Shown here: positions 48,801 through 57,655 of the stretch, one piece after another
How positions within the stretch are numbered: position 1 is the first letter of the stretch
Layout of the letters: the number at the start of each line of letters is the position of its first letter
Assembly (NCBI GenBank): GCA_019638085.1
Contig: JAHBUL010000016.1
Span: 19,453-83,452 of the forward strand
Length of the DNA: 64,000 bases
Reading direction: 5' to 3'
Source: Flavobacteriales bacterium
GTDB taxonomy: Bacteria; Bacteroidota; Bacteroidia; Flavobacteriales_F; PHOS-HE28
Made by a program: the position numbers and the translations under genes
Notes under the pieces: model-generated
What the model was told of the DNA's origin: nothing
Seen by the model: only the letters and a program-made list of their open reading frames with translations
Databases searched by the model: none

Positions 48801-49626
48801 CACTTGGCGTCACGGTCATGGTGCCCGTTTGGGGATCGAGCACCACGGCGTTGGCCCCGCCGCTGTTCCGGATGGGTTGCTGGGCGGAATAGTTCGCGTT
48901 ATAGGGAATGTTCGCCCCGTTGGCGGTGCGGGCACCGATCAGCGCATAGACCAGGGAATCACCGTCCGCATCCACCGCACCGGGATTGTAGCTGATGGGC
49001 TCGCCCAGGCAATAGAACGCCGTGGGTGAATTGGTGAAGGTCGGGGAGCTGTTGCAGAGCCCGGTCGTATTGTTCAAGAGGGCATCCAGGTACAATTCGC
49101 GGTTACCGGGATTATTCAAGGAGGTGATCGCATTGTTCCGGCAGCAGAGCGACCAGGAGAAGTTCCAGTCCGTGCCTCCGCAGGCGGCGTAGGCGCTGAG
49201 ATCCACGATCTTTGTATAGGTATAACGCTCCACGCCGTAGGTACCACTGGCACTTACGCACCGGTCCACCTCCGAGGGGCAGATCGGAGTGATGACCTGC
49301 ACAACGGGAGCCGAATTGAAGCATTGCGTGAAATTCGCACCACAAGCGCTTGAGGCCACGTTGAACCGCAGACCGTTGTTGCAATTGGTGGGCGCCGCCA
49401 CCCCGTTGCAATCCCTGTAGAAGTTCAGGGTCACCAAGTAGCGGTTGTTCCCCAAACAAGTATAACTGAGCTCCCCTCCCATCGCGTGGGTAGCATGGGC
49501 CTCGCCTTGCCACAGCAGCAAGGAAGCGGCAACCATGGCCAGTTTATACAGGAAGGACCGGACCTGGCGCAAGCCGCGGTTGCCGTGTTGGTCCCTTGTG
49601 TCACGTGCGCGTATCTGTTCAACCAT
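39886..49626 (-). CDS. 3246-aa giant adhesin-like protein with T9SS type-B C-terminal domain
   Basis: N-module HAMGGELSYTCLGNNRYLVTLNFYRDCNG followed by 31 tandem ~88-aa repeats (ANAGPDQxLC...G.W....G.G.......P.T.V.GL..G.N.F.W....G.C....D.V.I.V). C-terminus: YSPNGDGVNDTYVIQGL...VFNRWGSKVY...YYFIL. Confidence 0.92.
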   Translation of the reverse strand: MVEQIRARDTRDQHGNRGLRQVRSFLYKLAMVAASLLLWQGEAHATHAMGGELSYTCLGNNRYLVTLNFYRDCNGVAAPTNCNNGLRFNVASSACGANFTQCFNSAPVVQVITPICPSEVDRCVSASGTYGVERYTYTKIVDLSAYAACGGTDWNFSWSLCCRNNAITSLNNPGNRELYLDALLNNTTGLCNSSPTFTNSPTAFYCLGEPISYNPGAVDADGDSLVYALIGARTANGANIPYNANYSAQQPIRNSGGANAVVLDPQTGTMTVTPSVLQVAVVTYQVKEYRNGVLVGTVTRDVQFVIRACTGNASPTVTGINGTAVYSMQVCAGTPVSFTVNSNDANAGQTVTMTWNSGIPGATFTTSGSPFPSGTFTWTPTVANIGNNTFTVHVEDDGCPLKASNDYGFSIQVTPPATDADAGADFSVCGTSATMNAVLPYPSVQGTWTVISGSGTFTNNHSRNTTVTGLSQGANVFQWSVNYLTCGVRTDQVTVTSYNAAQPAANAGPDQEFCLPTNTATLAGNTAVSPAVGTWTFVNGTGTITSPNSSSTTVTGLGIGVNRLRWTINNGPCGTPTQDEVVITIFDSAQPAANAGSDITICSPTSSVTLNGNAASAPATGVWSQVSGGGTIVNPNVRNTSVTGLTVGVHVFRWTISNGPCTPGSTSDDVTVTVYSSASPNANAGADQEVCTPSDATLAGSTPTFPATGQWTLVSGSGTITTANSPTTTVTGLGIGANVFQWTVSNGPCANGITSDQVTITAFDQTVSGSNAGPDQSYCLPTTTATMAANAPSAPAQGTWSLVSGTGTITNINSATTTITGLTVGENVFRWAISNGPCPVNPPNDVVSIFIYDSNAPAANAGPDQQLCTPTTATSLAGNAPVFPATGLWTVTSGSGIFADASNPTTSVSGLGVGVNTFRWTLNNGPCSNPITQDEVSITVYNSANAIANAGPDQELCTPTTSTNLAGSAVIAPATGTWTLISGSGTIVSPNSPTTQITGLAVGDNIFRWTVLNGACANPTTTDDVRIRVFNSSNPVANAGPDQELCSDANSTVLSGSNIILPASGTWTLVSGGGTIVTPNSPNTAVNNIPVGVNVFRWSVSNGPCANGNTFDEVAITVYESAHPAITVSADESICVPTSANIVTVTGTTPVAPATGQWTVISGSGTITSPNSPSTTITDMGYGVNVFQWTVMNGPCAFPSNSAQVTISVFDAAMLTANAGPDQSLCTPITSTTLAGSALIAPGTGQWTLVSGSGTFANANDPGTVVSGLSLGANVFEWSVENGPCAAPSSDQVTISVFNGNAQQADAGPDQELCDNNATTVMAANAAVAPATGSWSVQQGTAIFANATSPTTGVSGLSLGVNILVWSLDNGACGTSTDPVSITVYDDANLVANAGADQELCTPITATTLSGSALIPPATGTWTLISGTGNIVNPGSPTSQVNGLALGNNVFRWTVYNGPCANGTSFDEVTISIFSGTAQAANAGPDQAICTPTTSVTLAGNLAVAPAQGTWTGPAGVTFSDIHAATATASGLQVGDNLLTWTINNGSCGSSSDQVNIKLYDDSNADANAGPDQELCSPEDSTTLAGSSLIYPATGTWTLVSGTGTIADPSSPTSQLTGLAVGPNVFRWTVDNGPCGAGITTDEVTITLFDSTVSGSDAGPDQSLCTPNTTATMAASPAPAPALGTWTLVNGGGDIADVNDPNTTITNLPVGENQFRWSVSNGACPVNPPNDVVSIFVYDEHNPIANAGPDQELCTPNTSTVFAGSSVTFPAQGTWTLVSGSGVIADINSPTSGVSNLAVGENVFEWTVINGPCADPLTTDRMSIFVFDQDNADANAGPDQSLCTPDESTTLAGNTPIFPATGVWTRIQGAGTITDANNPATTVTSLGVGENIFVWTVDNGPCGNGITTDTVSIFLFDSTTPNADAGPDQELCLPTTSTNLSGSAITFPAVGTWVVVSGAGQFADANSPMTAVTNLAVGANVFRWTVANGLCSSSNDEVTIFLFSDENLDANAGPDQELCTPESMVTMAGSAVTFPAVGTWTLVSGTGIISNPNSPNTTIIDLEVGTNVFAWTVYNGPCANGTTSDTMMIEVFDRDNPVANAGPDQELCSPGTSANLTGSSVTSPAVGTWTVQQGAGVFDDPNAPSTTITGLAIGVNILRWTVSNGPCENSNSFDEVTITLYDVTNPVANAGPDQNLCTPNTTTTMAGSTLIGPATGIWVLVDGSGILADPGSPTSSVSGLAVGENVFQWTVENGPCGVPTTDQMSIFVYSDENPDANAGPDQQICTPITSATMAGSSITYPAVGAWVLVSGQGTLIDPSAPNTEVIGLGVGENVFEWRVDNGPCGAGITSDQVSIFLFDLNAPPAAAGPDQSFCTPDESAIMAANTATLPAIGEWSLTQGTGFFADMNDPNTTVTGLTVGENILTWSFDNGVCGFTSDNVSIFIFDDQNPPANAGPDQAYCTPQDSTYLQGNTPTFPASGTWSLFDGAGLFENVNDPNSKVVGMAIGPNTFVWTTSNGPCPNAITSDTVTVIIYSDSTAAAYAGDDFELCLPFNSAQLQASTPQPPATGSWSILNGPGTLVDPTDPGTTINDLELGITTLLWTLDNGPCPNNGLMTDTLVITVYDPFGPVANAGPDIANCTPEDSTVMAAVEPLFPAAGTWHLVSGSGTIADTTYNATAITGLGIGINVFTWTVYNGNCGFGPPTVDTVAVYLYDQNAPPADAGADQDVCGIDSTVTLTGNAVVNPAIGTWTQIAGSATFTDASDPQTTVSGLSVGDNYFVWTIDNGPCSLTSDTVLIRVFDDAMPDPDAGDDQDLCSPASSTTLAASMATYPSTGQWTVVSGSGTFTNDTDPATEVTGIGAGTNVYAWTIDNGPCGTLVDQVVITLYDGSITTANAGPDQNLCEPVDSTPLAATGVALPATGMWTIVSGAGTLVDPTDPQTTLTGLMPGQIELTWTISNGPCGSGPMTDNVVITVYDNTQAAADAGPDQQLCEPGEVDVDMFANQAVFPATGSWNIDGSGTITDPTSPNTTVTGVGFGSTTLIWTIDNGVCGTTSDEMIVSVFDINAALATGGPDQAICQDTTFTTMAAVPATSTASGHWELIEGHGDIAHPEEADAEITGLQPGTNIFRWVLDNGACGSSADTVLITLRDCSILVVPDAYSPNGDGVNDTYVIQGLDYYPENKFQVFNRWGSKVYERNPYRNTWDGTSEGKANMGTDLPESTYYFILDPGNDKEVITGYIYLRR
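40171..48372 (-). repeat. tandem array of 31 x ~264-bp coding repeats inside the giant adhesin gene
   Basis: Boundaries come from residue counts (aa ~419 to 3152). I counted 31 occurrences of the AG(P/A/D/S)D...C repeat-start motif. Confidence 0.8.
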
Positions 49627-49913
49627 GTAACTGCGATATATCGGAAACCACTTCCCGCTCTTGAAATGTCAGAGCGAATGTCCTCTTTCGTCCCGATGCG
49701 ATCTCTCCGGCACCGGCATTGCATTCCGAGGGTCGTTCGCTAACAGGCCAAACATAGGGGCACGGGTAAGCGCCAACCGCCGCCATGGGCTTGCACTTGT
49801 CAACAGAGGCGTGTTGGCCTGAACCCCGAATCCGTACTGAAAAGGCGGTTTAGGAATTGGATAAGCCAAGAACTTATGTCCGTGGTTCCAATGCGTGAAA
49901 AATCCGGTCTCCC

Positions 49914-50258
49914 TTATCGGTTAGGCACTGCCGAACGTAGTACTGCCTGCCAGTTCTCATAGTGTGTAGTACCCAGCACGCCCTTGATCTCTTCCATGCG
50001 TGCAGCACCCAATTTTACAAGCTGCTGGACCTTGTCCTGTTCCTCCATGTCGGGCGTGCTCCACACTTCATCCCGTTCCGTAGCATAATCCTCCTCGATC
50101 ACGTTGATCCGTCGTATCTGATCCTTATCCAAATGCCAGACCTGCATAAGGCTGTCCGGAAGAACTTCCCAACCGGGTATGTTCTGGACCGCCTGTGACC
50201 GTACGGTCAGCGGGAGCAATAGGAAAAAGAGGAAGAGGAGACCCAAGCCGCGCTGCAT
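49914..50258 (-). CDS. small secreted hypothetical protein
   Basis: 114 aa from the internal ATG, with signal peptide MQRGLGLLFLFFLLLPLTVRSQA. No family recognised. Confidence 0.55.
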   Translation of the reverse strand: MQRGLGLLFLFFLLLPLTVRSQAVQNIPGWEVLPDSLMQVWHLDKDQIRRINVIEEDYATERDEVWSTPDMEEQDKVQQLVKLGAARMEEIKGVLGTTHYENWQAVLRSAVPNR

Positions 50259-50408
50259 GGCACCAAGATAAGTGATGCTTGAAAACCACGGAGGCCGTGT
50301 TGAAAAACGAGGGCGCAAAGGACCTTAAAAGGCACAGCCCTCGGATCCCTTCCCCCAAGCAGCGGTTCCACCACGAACGGTGTCATACGCCTGAACAACC
50401 CACTCCCG

Positions 50409-51341
50409 ATGAAACCGTCCATGATCCAACATCTTCTGCTGGTGCCACTTCTCATGCTGGCCAGCAGCGGGATCGCACAAATTGAGCAACAGTTCAACTT
50501 CGACGATGGATCGATCGGCGATGTGCATATCGACACCACGGACGGACATGGTGGCCTTTGGCAGATCGGCACGCCGCAAAAACAGATGTTCACCTCGCCC
50601 TACAGCTCTCCGAACGTGATCGTAACGGATACCCAACACAGTTACCCGCCGAATGACACATCGCGTTTCACGATCGTCCACATCGCAGAAGGAGGATGGA
50701 TGAGCGCATGTTGCGCAATTTCCCTGACAGGCTACTACCAAGTGGATGCGGACAGCTTGAATGACTTTGGCACCATGGAGTTCTCGTACGCACCCCTCAG
50801 CGCGTGGATCGATGTTATTCATGATCCGATCTTTGCGCCGATGGTCGATTGGGGATCGAGCATCCCTACCCTCACCGGCACCAGCAATGGATGGCGCTAT
50901 TTCGGCTTGAATTTGGGTCAAGTCGCATATTACATTCAGAGTTCGCTGGGACATCAAGTTCAATGGGGTGACACTATCCAATGGAGGTTCTCCTTTTTCA
51001 GCGATAGCATGGACAACGACCGGGACGGCCTCATGTTCGATGATCTGAACTTCGTGGACTACGCTGAATCCATCTTGGAATATCCAGCCAACACATTCCA
51101 TTCCACTGTAGCGCCCATGCCTGTGGCCAATGAGCTGAACTTAATCTATGAAACCGCAGGACTGGACAAGCTCGATCTGACCATCCGTGATGCACGCGGC
51201 ACTATGGTCCGTCGGGAAGCCATCCGCGCCGAACACGGAAGCCGCATCGATGTACATGACCTAGCGGCAGGACTTTACATGTATTCCATCCATGCCAATA
51301 ACGGCCACGACCGCAGTACAGGGCGATTCGTGAAAGAGTAA
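50409..51341 (+). CDS. hypothetical protein with T9SS type-A C-terminal sorting domain
   Basis: 310 aa with signal peptide MKPSMIQHLLLVPLLMLASSGIAQ. C-terminal domain: VAPMPVANELNLIY...LTIRDARGTMV...AGLYMYSIH. Confidence 0.75.
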   Translation: MKPSMIQHLLLVPLLMLASSGIAQIEQQFNFDDGSIGDVHIDTTDGHGGLWQIGTPQKQMFTSPYSSPNVIVTDTQHSYPPNDTSRFTIVHIAEGGWMSACCAISLTGYYQVDADSLNDFGTMEFSYAPLSAWIDVIHDPIFAPMVDWGSSIPTLTGTSNGWRYFGLNLGQVAYYIQSSLGHQVQWGDTIQWRFSFFSDSMDNDRDGLMFDDLNFVDYAESILEYPANTFHSTVAPMPVANELNLIYETAGLDKLDLTIRDARGTMVRREAIRAEHGSRIDVHDLAAGLYMYSIHANNGHDRSTGRFVKE

Positions 51342-51388
51342 TAGTAGAGGTCCCCTACGCCCGAAAGCCATACATCCGGGATCAGATC

Positions 51389-52660
51389 CTACAAACCCGC
51401 AAGCACCGCCCCGGGATCCTTGCCACCCAACACCATTTTGGCAGGGTCTTCAAGCATCTCCTTCACCTTGTACAGGAAGCTCACGCTTTCCTTGCCGTCC
51501 ACAATGCGGTGGTCGTAGCTCAACGCCACGTACATCACCGGGCGGATCACCACTTGGCCATCCACGGCGATGGGACGATCCACAATGTTGTGCATTCCCA
51601 GAATGGCGCTCTGCGGCGGATTGATGATGGGTGTGCTGAGCATACTACCGAACACACCACCGTTGGTGATGGTGAAGGTGCCGCCGGTCATTTCCGCTAT
51701 GGTCAATTTCGCATCGCGCGCCTTGGTCGCAAGTTCCCGGATCGTGCCCTCGATCTCGGCCAAGCTCATCTGCTCGGCATTGCGGATCACCGGCACCATC
51801 AGGCCCCTGGGCGAACTGACCGCAATGCCGATATCGGCGTAATCGAAGTTGACGATGTTCTCCCCGTCCAACTGCGCGTTCACATTGGGGAATAAACGAA
51901 GGGCTTCCGTAACGGCCTTGGTGAAGAAGGACATGAAGCCGAGGCTAACACCATGCTTCTCCTTGAACTTGTCCTTGTATTTATTCCGGACGGCCATCAC
52001 CGCGCTCATGTCCACCTCATTGAAGGTGGTGAGCATCGCCGTTTCATTTTTCACGCTCACCAAGCGGTCCCCGATCGTTTTGCGCAGGGTGCTCATCTTG
52101 GTAGTGGTGCTTTCACGTGTGCCACCCCATCCGTTCATCAATGTGGGCGCAGTGATCCCTCCTGCGATATAGGCTTCCACATCGCCACGCGTAATGCGGC
52201 CGTTGGGACCGGTGCCTTTCACCTTATCGCTAGAGATGCCTTTCTCGGCCATTACAGCCTTTGCCACCGGGGTGGCATGGGCAGCACCAACAGGTTCTGC
52301 TGTTTTGGGGCTTTCCTTCTTCTCCTTTTTCTCCTCCTTCACTTCCTTGCCCTTTTCCCCTTGCCCGTCCTTCGCACCCTTTTCCTCTTTTACTTGCTTC
52401 TTCTCCTCCTTCTGAGGCTTCACGCTCGTATCGATCTTCGCTACCACATCACCCACGTTCACGGTCTCATCGGCCTTGGCCAGCAGGCTGATCCTGCCCC
52501 CTTCCTCGGCACTTAGCTCCAGGGTGGCCTTGTCGCTGTCGATCTCGGCGATCACTTGGTCTTTCTTCACCACGTCGCCATCCGCTACCAGCCATTGTGC
52601 AATGCGCACTTCGCTGATGCTTTCACCGGGACTGGGAACTTTTATTTCAATGTTGGCCAT
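51389..52660 (-). CDS. sucB: 2-oxoglutarate dehydrogenase E2, dihydrolipoyllysine-residue succinyltransferase
   Basis: 423 aa from the internal ATG ([15 protein letters not shown]...). It has the lipoyl motif [11 protein letters not shown], a Lys/Glu-rich linker and the catalytic SYDHRIVDG. Confidence 0.95.
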   Translation of the reverse strand: MANIEIKVPSPGESISEVRIAQWLVADGDVVKKDQVIAEIDSDKATLELSAEEGGRISLLAKADETVNVGDVVAKIDTSVKPQKEEKKQVKEEKGAKDGQGEKGKEVKEEKKEKKESPKTAEPVGAAHATPVAKAVMAEKGISSDKVKGTGPNGRITRGDVEAYIAGGITAPTLMNGWGGTRESTTTKMSTLRKTIGDRLVSVKNETAMLTTFNEVDMSAVMAVRNKYKDKFKEKHGVSLGFMSFFTKAVTEALRLFPNVNAQLDGENIVNFDYADIGIAVSSPRGLMVPVIRNAEQMSLAEIEGTIRELATKARDAKLTIAEMTGGTFTITNGGVFGSMLSTPIINPPQSAILGMHNIVDRPIAVDGQVVIRPVMYVALSYDHRIVDGKESVSFLYKVKEMLEDPAKMVLGGKDPGAVLAGL

Positions 52661-52757
52661 GAGGATTCGGATATAGGGAGGAAGATCCACCACGGAGACG
52701 CAGAGGTCTACTGGTGGCAGGGGGGCGATGATCGGTGATCTACAAAACTGTTCAACA

Positions 52758-55574
52758 TCAGGCGCGGACTTTTGACTTTGCCTTCTTCGCTGCTGCGGCG
52801 GAAGGACGGTCGGCAAAGGCTTCTTCCAGGATCCGTTTTTGCTGTATGGCGCTGCGAACAGCGCTGCCGGTGGCAGGTGCGCCACTGGCTCTACGTGTCA
52901 CGAATTTCAATGCATCAACCGATGGCGCTCCCTTCACTTTGTGCAGGTGCTTGAACATGTATGGCCATGCGCCCATGTTCTCCGGCTCCTCCTGCACCCA
53001 TCGCACTTCCTCCGTGTTCGCATAGCGCGTGAAAACAGCCGCAAGCTGTGGCTCCGGCAAGGGGTGCAGTTGTTCGATGCGGATGATCGCCACATCGTCA
53101 GCAACCAGTTCCTCCTTGCGTTCCAACAGTTCATAGTAGAGCTTTCCCGAACAGAGGATCAATGTCTTCACGGACCTGGGATCCGCAATGGGATCGTCGA
53201 TCACTTCTTGGAAAGCACCCTTGGTGAACTCGCCCACGGCACTTACGCACCTGGGGTGGCGCAACAGGCTTTTCGGAGTGAACACCACCAAGGGTTTGCG
53301 GAATTTCCACGCGAGTTGACGACGCAGCAGGTGGAAATAATTCGCGGGCGTGGTGGGGTTGGCCATGATCATGTTGGCATCCGCGCACTGTTGTAGGAAA
53401 CGTTCCATGCGCGCACTGCTGTGTTCCGCGCCTTGGCCTTCGTATCCGTGCGGCAACAGCATCACCAGCCCGTTCATGACGTTCCACTTCTCCTCCGCTG
53501 CACTGAGGTATTGGTCGATGACGATCTGTGCACCGTTCACGAAGTCCCCGAACTGCGCTTCCCACAGCGTAAGGCTCTCGGGTGTGGCGAGTGCATAGCC
53601 ATATTCGTAACCCAATACCGCATACTCGTTCAGCGGCGAGTTGTAGATCTGCACCAGGGCCTGATCTTCCTGCAAATGTTTCAGAGGGATATATTCTTCC
53701 TCGCTGTCCTCCACTTTGATCACGGCGTGGCGATGGCTGAAGGTGCCACGTTCCACGTCCTGACCGGTGAGGCGCACGGCATGGCCTTCGCAGAGCAGCG
53801 TTCCGTAGGCAAGTAGCTCGCCCATGCCCCAGTCGAGCCGGTCCTCCTCCACCATTTTGGCGCGATCGTTCAGGATACGCTCCATCTTGTTGAAGAATTT
53901 CTTCCCTTCGGGCACCTCAACGAGCTTAGCTGCGATGTCCAATAGGAGCTTCCTTTTCACGCCGGTTGCCGGTGAGCTTTCCAGGTCCGCATCGTTCGCA
54001 CGGACGTAACCCATCCAGCGATCTGCGAGGAAGGAAGTGATCACCGCCTTGGGCAGCTCCTTGGATTCCGTAAGGCGCTCCTGCAACATATTGTTGAAGT
54101 TGGCCTTCATCTCTTCCGCCAAACTGGCCTCGATGGCACCGCTTGCTTGCAGCTTTTCGCTGTAGATGGCGCGCGGATCCTTGTGCGTGGCGATGGCCTT
54201 GTAAAGGATCGGTTGGGTGAACTTCGGTTCATCGCCTTCATTGTGGCCGTGCCGACGATAGCCGAGCAGGTCGATGAACACATCGGTTTGAAAGCGCTGC
54301 CGGAAATCCAGCGCGAGCTTCATCACATGGCACACGGCTTCCGCATCGTCACCGTTCACATGGAATATGGGGCATTGCGTCACTTTTGCCACATCGGTGC
54401 AATAGGTGCTGGTGCGCCCATCGATGTAGTTCGTTGTGAAGCCCACCTGGTTATTCACCACAACGTGCAAGGTGCCACCGGTGCTGTAAGGTTTGAGCCC
54501 CGCCATCTGCGCCAGTTCATAGACCACGCCTTGGCCCGCGATCGCCGCATCACCATGGATGATCACGGGACAAAGTTTGTCGGGCTTTAGGTCGTGGTCC
54601 TTCTCGATCAATGCACGCGAGATCCCCTGCATTACCGGACCCACGCTCTCCAAGTGGCTGGGGTTGGGGCAAAGGATCAGGTTGACACCCTTGCCCTTGT
54701 TGGTAACCACACAGCTATTGAAACCCATGTGGTATTTCACGTCGCCCTCCACGAAGCTGTCCGCATAGTCGCGGCCTTCGAAATCGGCGAAAATGGAATC
54801 GTATGTCTTGTTGAAGGTGTTGGCCAGAACATTCAATCGACCGCGGTGGGCCATGCCGATCACCACGTCCTTAATGCCGTGTGCCTCCGCACCGTGCTCG
54901 ATGATGGTATCCAACGCGGGGATCAGCGTTTCGCCACCTTCCAGGCTAAAGCGCTTTTGACCGATGAATTTCTTGCCGAGGAAACGCTCGAACACCACGG
55001 CCTGGTCCAACTTCCGAAGGATCTCCTTCTTCTCCGCCAGATCAAAGTTCGGCGTGTTCCGGTCCTTCTCCATCCGCTCCTGTAGCCACTGCACGCGGTC
55101 CACCTTGCGGATCTGCTTGTACTCCACGCCGATGCTCTGGCAATAGGTGGTCTTCAGATGGTCGACGATCACGGCCAAGGTGGCCTTGCCTATGCCCAGT
55201 TCCGAGCCTGCCTCGAATACGGTGTCCAGATCGCTGTCCGAAAGCCCGAAGATGGCCAGGTCCAGCGGGGGATTGTACTTCCTACGCTCCCGCACCGGGT
55301 TCGTACGTGTGAACAAGTGGCCGCGCTCGCGGTAGCCATTGATCAAGGCGATCACCTTGAATTCCTTCGCGAGGTTCTCGTGGCTCGGGCCAAGGTCGCC
55401 TACTGCGGCGGGTGTCTGGCCCGGAAGCTCGGGATAGCGGGTGCGTGCCAGATCAAAGCCCTGGAAAAAGCGGGCCCAGTCAGGGGAAACAGAGGTGGCG
55501 TCCTCGCGGTACTGCTGGTACATGCCATCCAGCGCCGCAGGATCGATATTGCTGAGGAAAGTGTTCTTGTCCAT
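52758..55574 (-). CDS. sucA: 2-oxoglutarate dehydrogenase E1 component
   Basis: Start at [22 protein letters not shown]. Motifs [27 protein letters not shown] and [15 protein letters not shown] are present. Confidence 0.95.
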   Translation of the reverse strand: MDKNTFLSNIDPAALDGMYQQYREDATSVSPDWARFFQGFDLARTRYPELPGQTPAAVGDLGPSHENLAKEFKVIALINGYRERGHLFTRTNPVRERRKYNPPLDLAIFGLSDSDLDTVFEAGSELGIGKATLAVIVDHLKTTYCQSIGVEYKQIRKVDRVQWLQERMEKDRNTPNFDLAEKKEILRKLDQAVVFERFLGKKFIGQKRFSLEGGETLIPALDTIIEHGAEAHGIKDVVIGMAHRGRLNVLANTFNKTYDSIFADFEGRDYADSFVEGDVKYHMGFNSCVVTNKGKGVNLILCPNPSHLESVGPVMQGISRALIEKDHDLKPDKLCPVIIHGDAAIAGQGVVYELAQMAGLKPYSTGGTLHVVVNNQVGFTTNYIDGRTSTYCTDVAKVTQCPIFHVNGDDAEAVCHVMKLALDFRQRFQTDVFIDLLGYRRHGHNEGDEPKFTQPILYKAIATHKDPRAIYSEKLQASGAIEASLAEEMKANFNNMLQERLTESKELPKAVITSFLADRWMGYVRANDADLESSPATGVKRKLLLDIAAKLVEVPEGKKFFNKMERILNDRAKMVEEDRLDWGMGELLAYGTLLCEGHAVRLTGQDVERGTFSHRHAVIKVEDSEEEYIPLKHLQEDQALVQIYNSPLNEYAVLGYEYGYALATPESLTLWEAQFGDFVNGAQIVIDQYLSAAEEKWNVMNGLVMLLPHGYEGQGAEHSSARMERFLQQCADANMIMANPTTPANYFHLLRRQLAWKFRKPLVVFTPKSLLRHPRCVSAVGEFTKGAFQEVIDDPIADPRSVKTLILCSGKLYYELLERKEELVADDVAIIRIEQLHPLPEPQLAAVFTRYANTEEVRWVQEEPENMGAWPYMFKHLHKVKGAPSVDALKFVTRRASGAPATGSAVRSAIQQKRILEEAFADRPSAAAAKKAKSKVRA

Positions 55575-55754
55575 GGCCGGAAAAGGGAACCGGGCCACAA
55601 AGGTAGCCACGGTTTTCCGCACTATTACGGCTGAGTGTGGCCGGTTGTTCGACCCATCTGCAGAGTTGCTGATGTTCGATCAGCGGATGAGCGTGGTCAG
55701 TGGATCAGCGCAGGTCGATACGGGAGGGGGCAACAGCGAAGTAACCCGTTGCTT

Positions 55755-57604
55755 TTACCGCGCTATGACAAGCTTTCCCGAGTAGACCTTCCCCTCACAA
55801 TTGACACGGACGGTATAGAACCCATTTCCGAGTTCGGGATGCAAGTGGAGTTTGGAATCCGAACCCACTACATCCTCGGAATGCACCTGCGCCCCCATGG
55901 CGTTCAGAATGGACACGGAATACGGGCCGGGCACGGGGCCACGGAATTGCAGCGTGATCCGATCCGAAGCCGGATTGGGCTGAATGGAAAACCCGAACGA
56001 TGCCACCTCTGCCTCACCAACGTCCAAGGGGCCTTCGATCAACTCCCAAACAAGGAGCCGCCCGTTGCCATTCACCGACGGATAGTTCATCGTGTCGGTG
56101 TAGGAACCGCCACTGCCCGCTGCTGAAAAGGTGAGGTCACCGACCACGCCTTGTGCGTATGACGCATCCGTCAGTTCATACCTGTTCACATGGAAATCGC
56201 CCGACCCCCACGGTAGGTTCGAGACGTGCAGCTCCACATCATTGGTCCCGGCGCCGGGATCAGGTGCCGGAAATACGACCACGATCCGGTCCTGGGCATC
56301 ATTCATTCCGGCCAAAGCGTACATGCCTGCGTTGACCGTCAACTGCAGGCGGTTCGGTGCATCATTCATCCTGTTCATGTTGTAGAACACATAAGCGCTT
56401 GGCTTCGGTACGATCGGGCCCACCCTGTACATGCCCAGATAGGTGTACTTGTCCTCCGAAGTTTCCTGATCGAAAAGCGCGACCTCGAAGGACATCGAAA
56501 CGTTCCTGTTCAGCATGTCAATGATGTGCTCCACTTTGTTCAGTCCGTAATCCAATGCCCCCCACGTGTCCGAGTTCTGGTCAATGCGGCCCCATTCACC
56601 ATTTATGAGTTCCGCATTCGGGACATAGGTGCTCCTCCAGCCTTCCACCAGCGCAACTTTCGCACTGTCATAACCACCCTTGAACTGCGTATCGGAGTAC
56701 GGGTGAAAAGAGAGGAAGTCAAACTTGGTCGCGTTGGCTTGTACTTCTTGGAGAAACCGGATGGGGATCAGGTTTCCGATGGAGTAAAGGGCAAAGCTGC
56801 AGCCGCCCAACTTTACATGGTCAGCCAAGACCGCATCCGCGGAGACTTCCGTTGCAATGGCGGCATACGCATCATACAACTCGTACTCATCCCCTTTCCA
56901 AAAGAACTTCACCATGATGGGGTTCAACCATTGCTGATCCGGCTCATTCCAGTGCTCGAAATACGTGACACCGTAGGTATCGTAGCAGTGCTTGATCAAG
57001 TGGTACATCACCCTGCCATACACCGCATTGTTCGCAGGTGGTGAGTTCCGGATGCCATTGTCGTAGGCGAGGAAATACAGGAGGCCCATGGCACCCTGAT
57101 ATTCCGGGGTGGTATCCGAGCTCAGGGTGAACGGCATATAGTCCATGGTAATAAAGGGTTGTGCACCGATTGACTGGACCAGCGTGATCATGGAATCAAT
57201 GAACGCGAAGTCATAATTGCCCGGGTCATCGGCATCGCTCATTGAATTCCCCCCGCGATAGAATTCGTAAGGCAAGTTCTTGAGCACATCCGTATCCGTG
57301 GAATAATAATCCGTGTCCGGCGGATTGTCCGCCCTGCCAATAGATACCCGGATGTAGCGTGGTCGCAATTGATCCATCTCCGTTGTGAAAGCCGGGTCCG
57401 CTACGATCGAGGTATGTGGACCCTGTATGCTCGGGTTTCCGCCGTAGCCAAACATGAGGTGGTTCTCATAATGATCCCGCCAAATGGGAGGCATTGTTCC
57501 ACAGCAGAAGCAGCATCCACATTCACCTGGATGGTTGTTTGCGCATGTAGCGCCGCCATGGACAAGAACATTCCTAGCGCCACCAATTCCATCCGGTTGA
57601 TCAT
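55755..57604 (-). pseudogene. clan GH-A-like glycoside hydrolase with T9SS type-A CTD, split by a 1-nt frameshift near 57499-57501 (or a sequencing error)
   Basis: The signal peptide MINRMELVALGMFLSMAALHAQTTIQVNVDAASAV lies in ORF 57401-57631. The catalytic body continues as GTMPPIWRDHYENH... in the frame of ORF 55755-57704. FEHWNEPD matches the clan GH-A acid/base motif. C-terminal domain: IQPNPASDRITLQF...GFYTVRV. Confidence 0.7.
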
Positions 57605-57655
57605 CCTCCTTTTCCTTCCACGCATGGTCATGCTTGGTTAGGTGATCGATCCAAT

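Noticed and set aside
23531-49626. Diversity-generating retroelement, invertible promoter or phase-variation switch acting on the adhesin genes
   Set aside because: There is no reverse transcriptase, invertase/recombinase or template-repeat pair in the window. I saw no flanking inverted repeats around the 29117-29335 or 49627-49913 promoter regions beyond short 6-7-bp stems.
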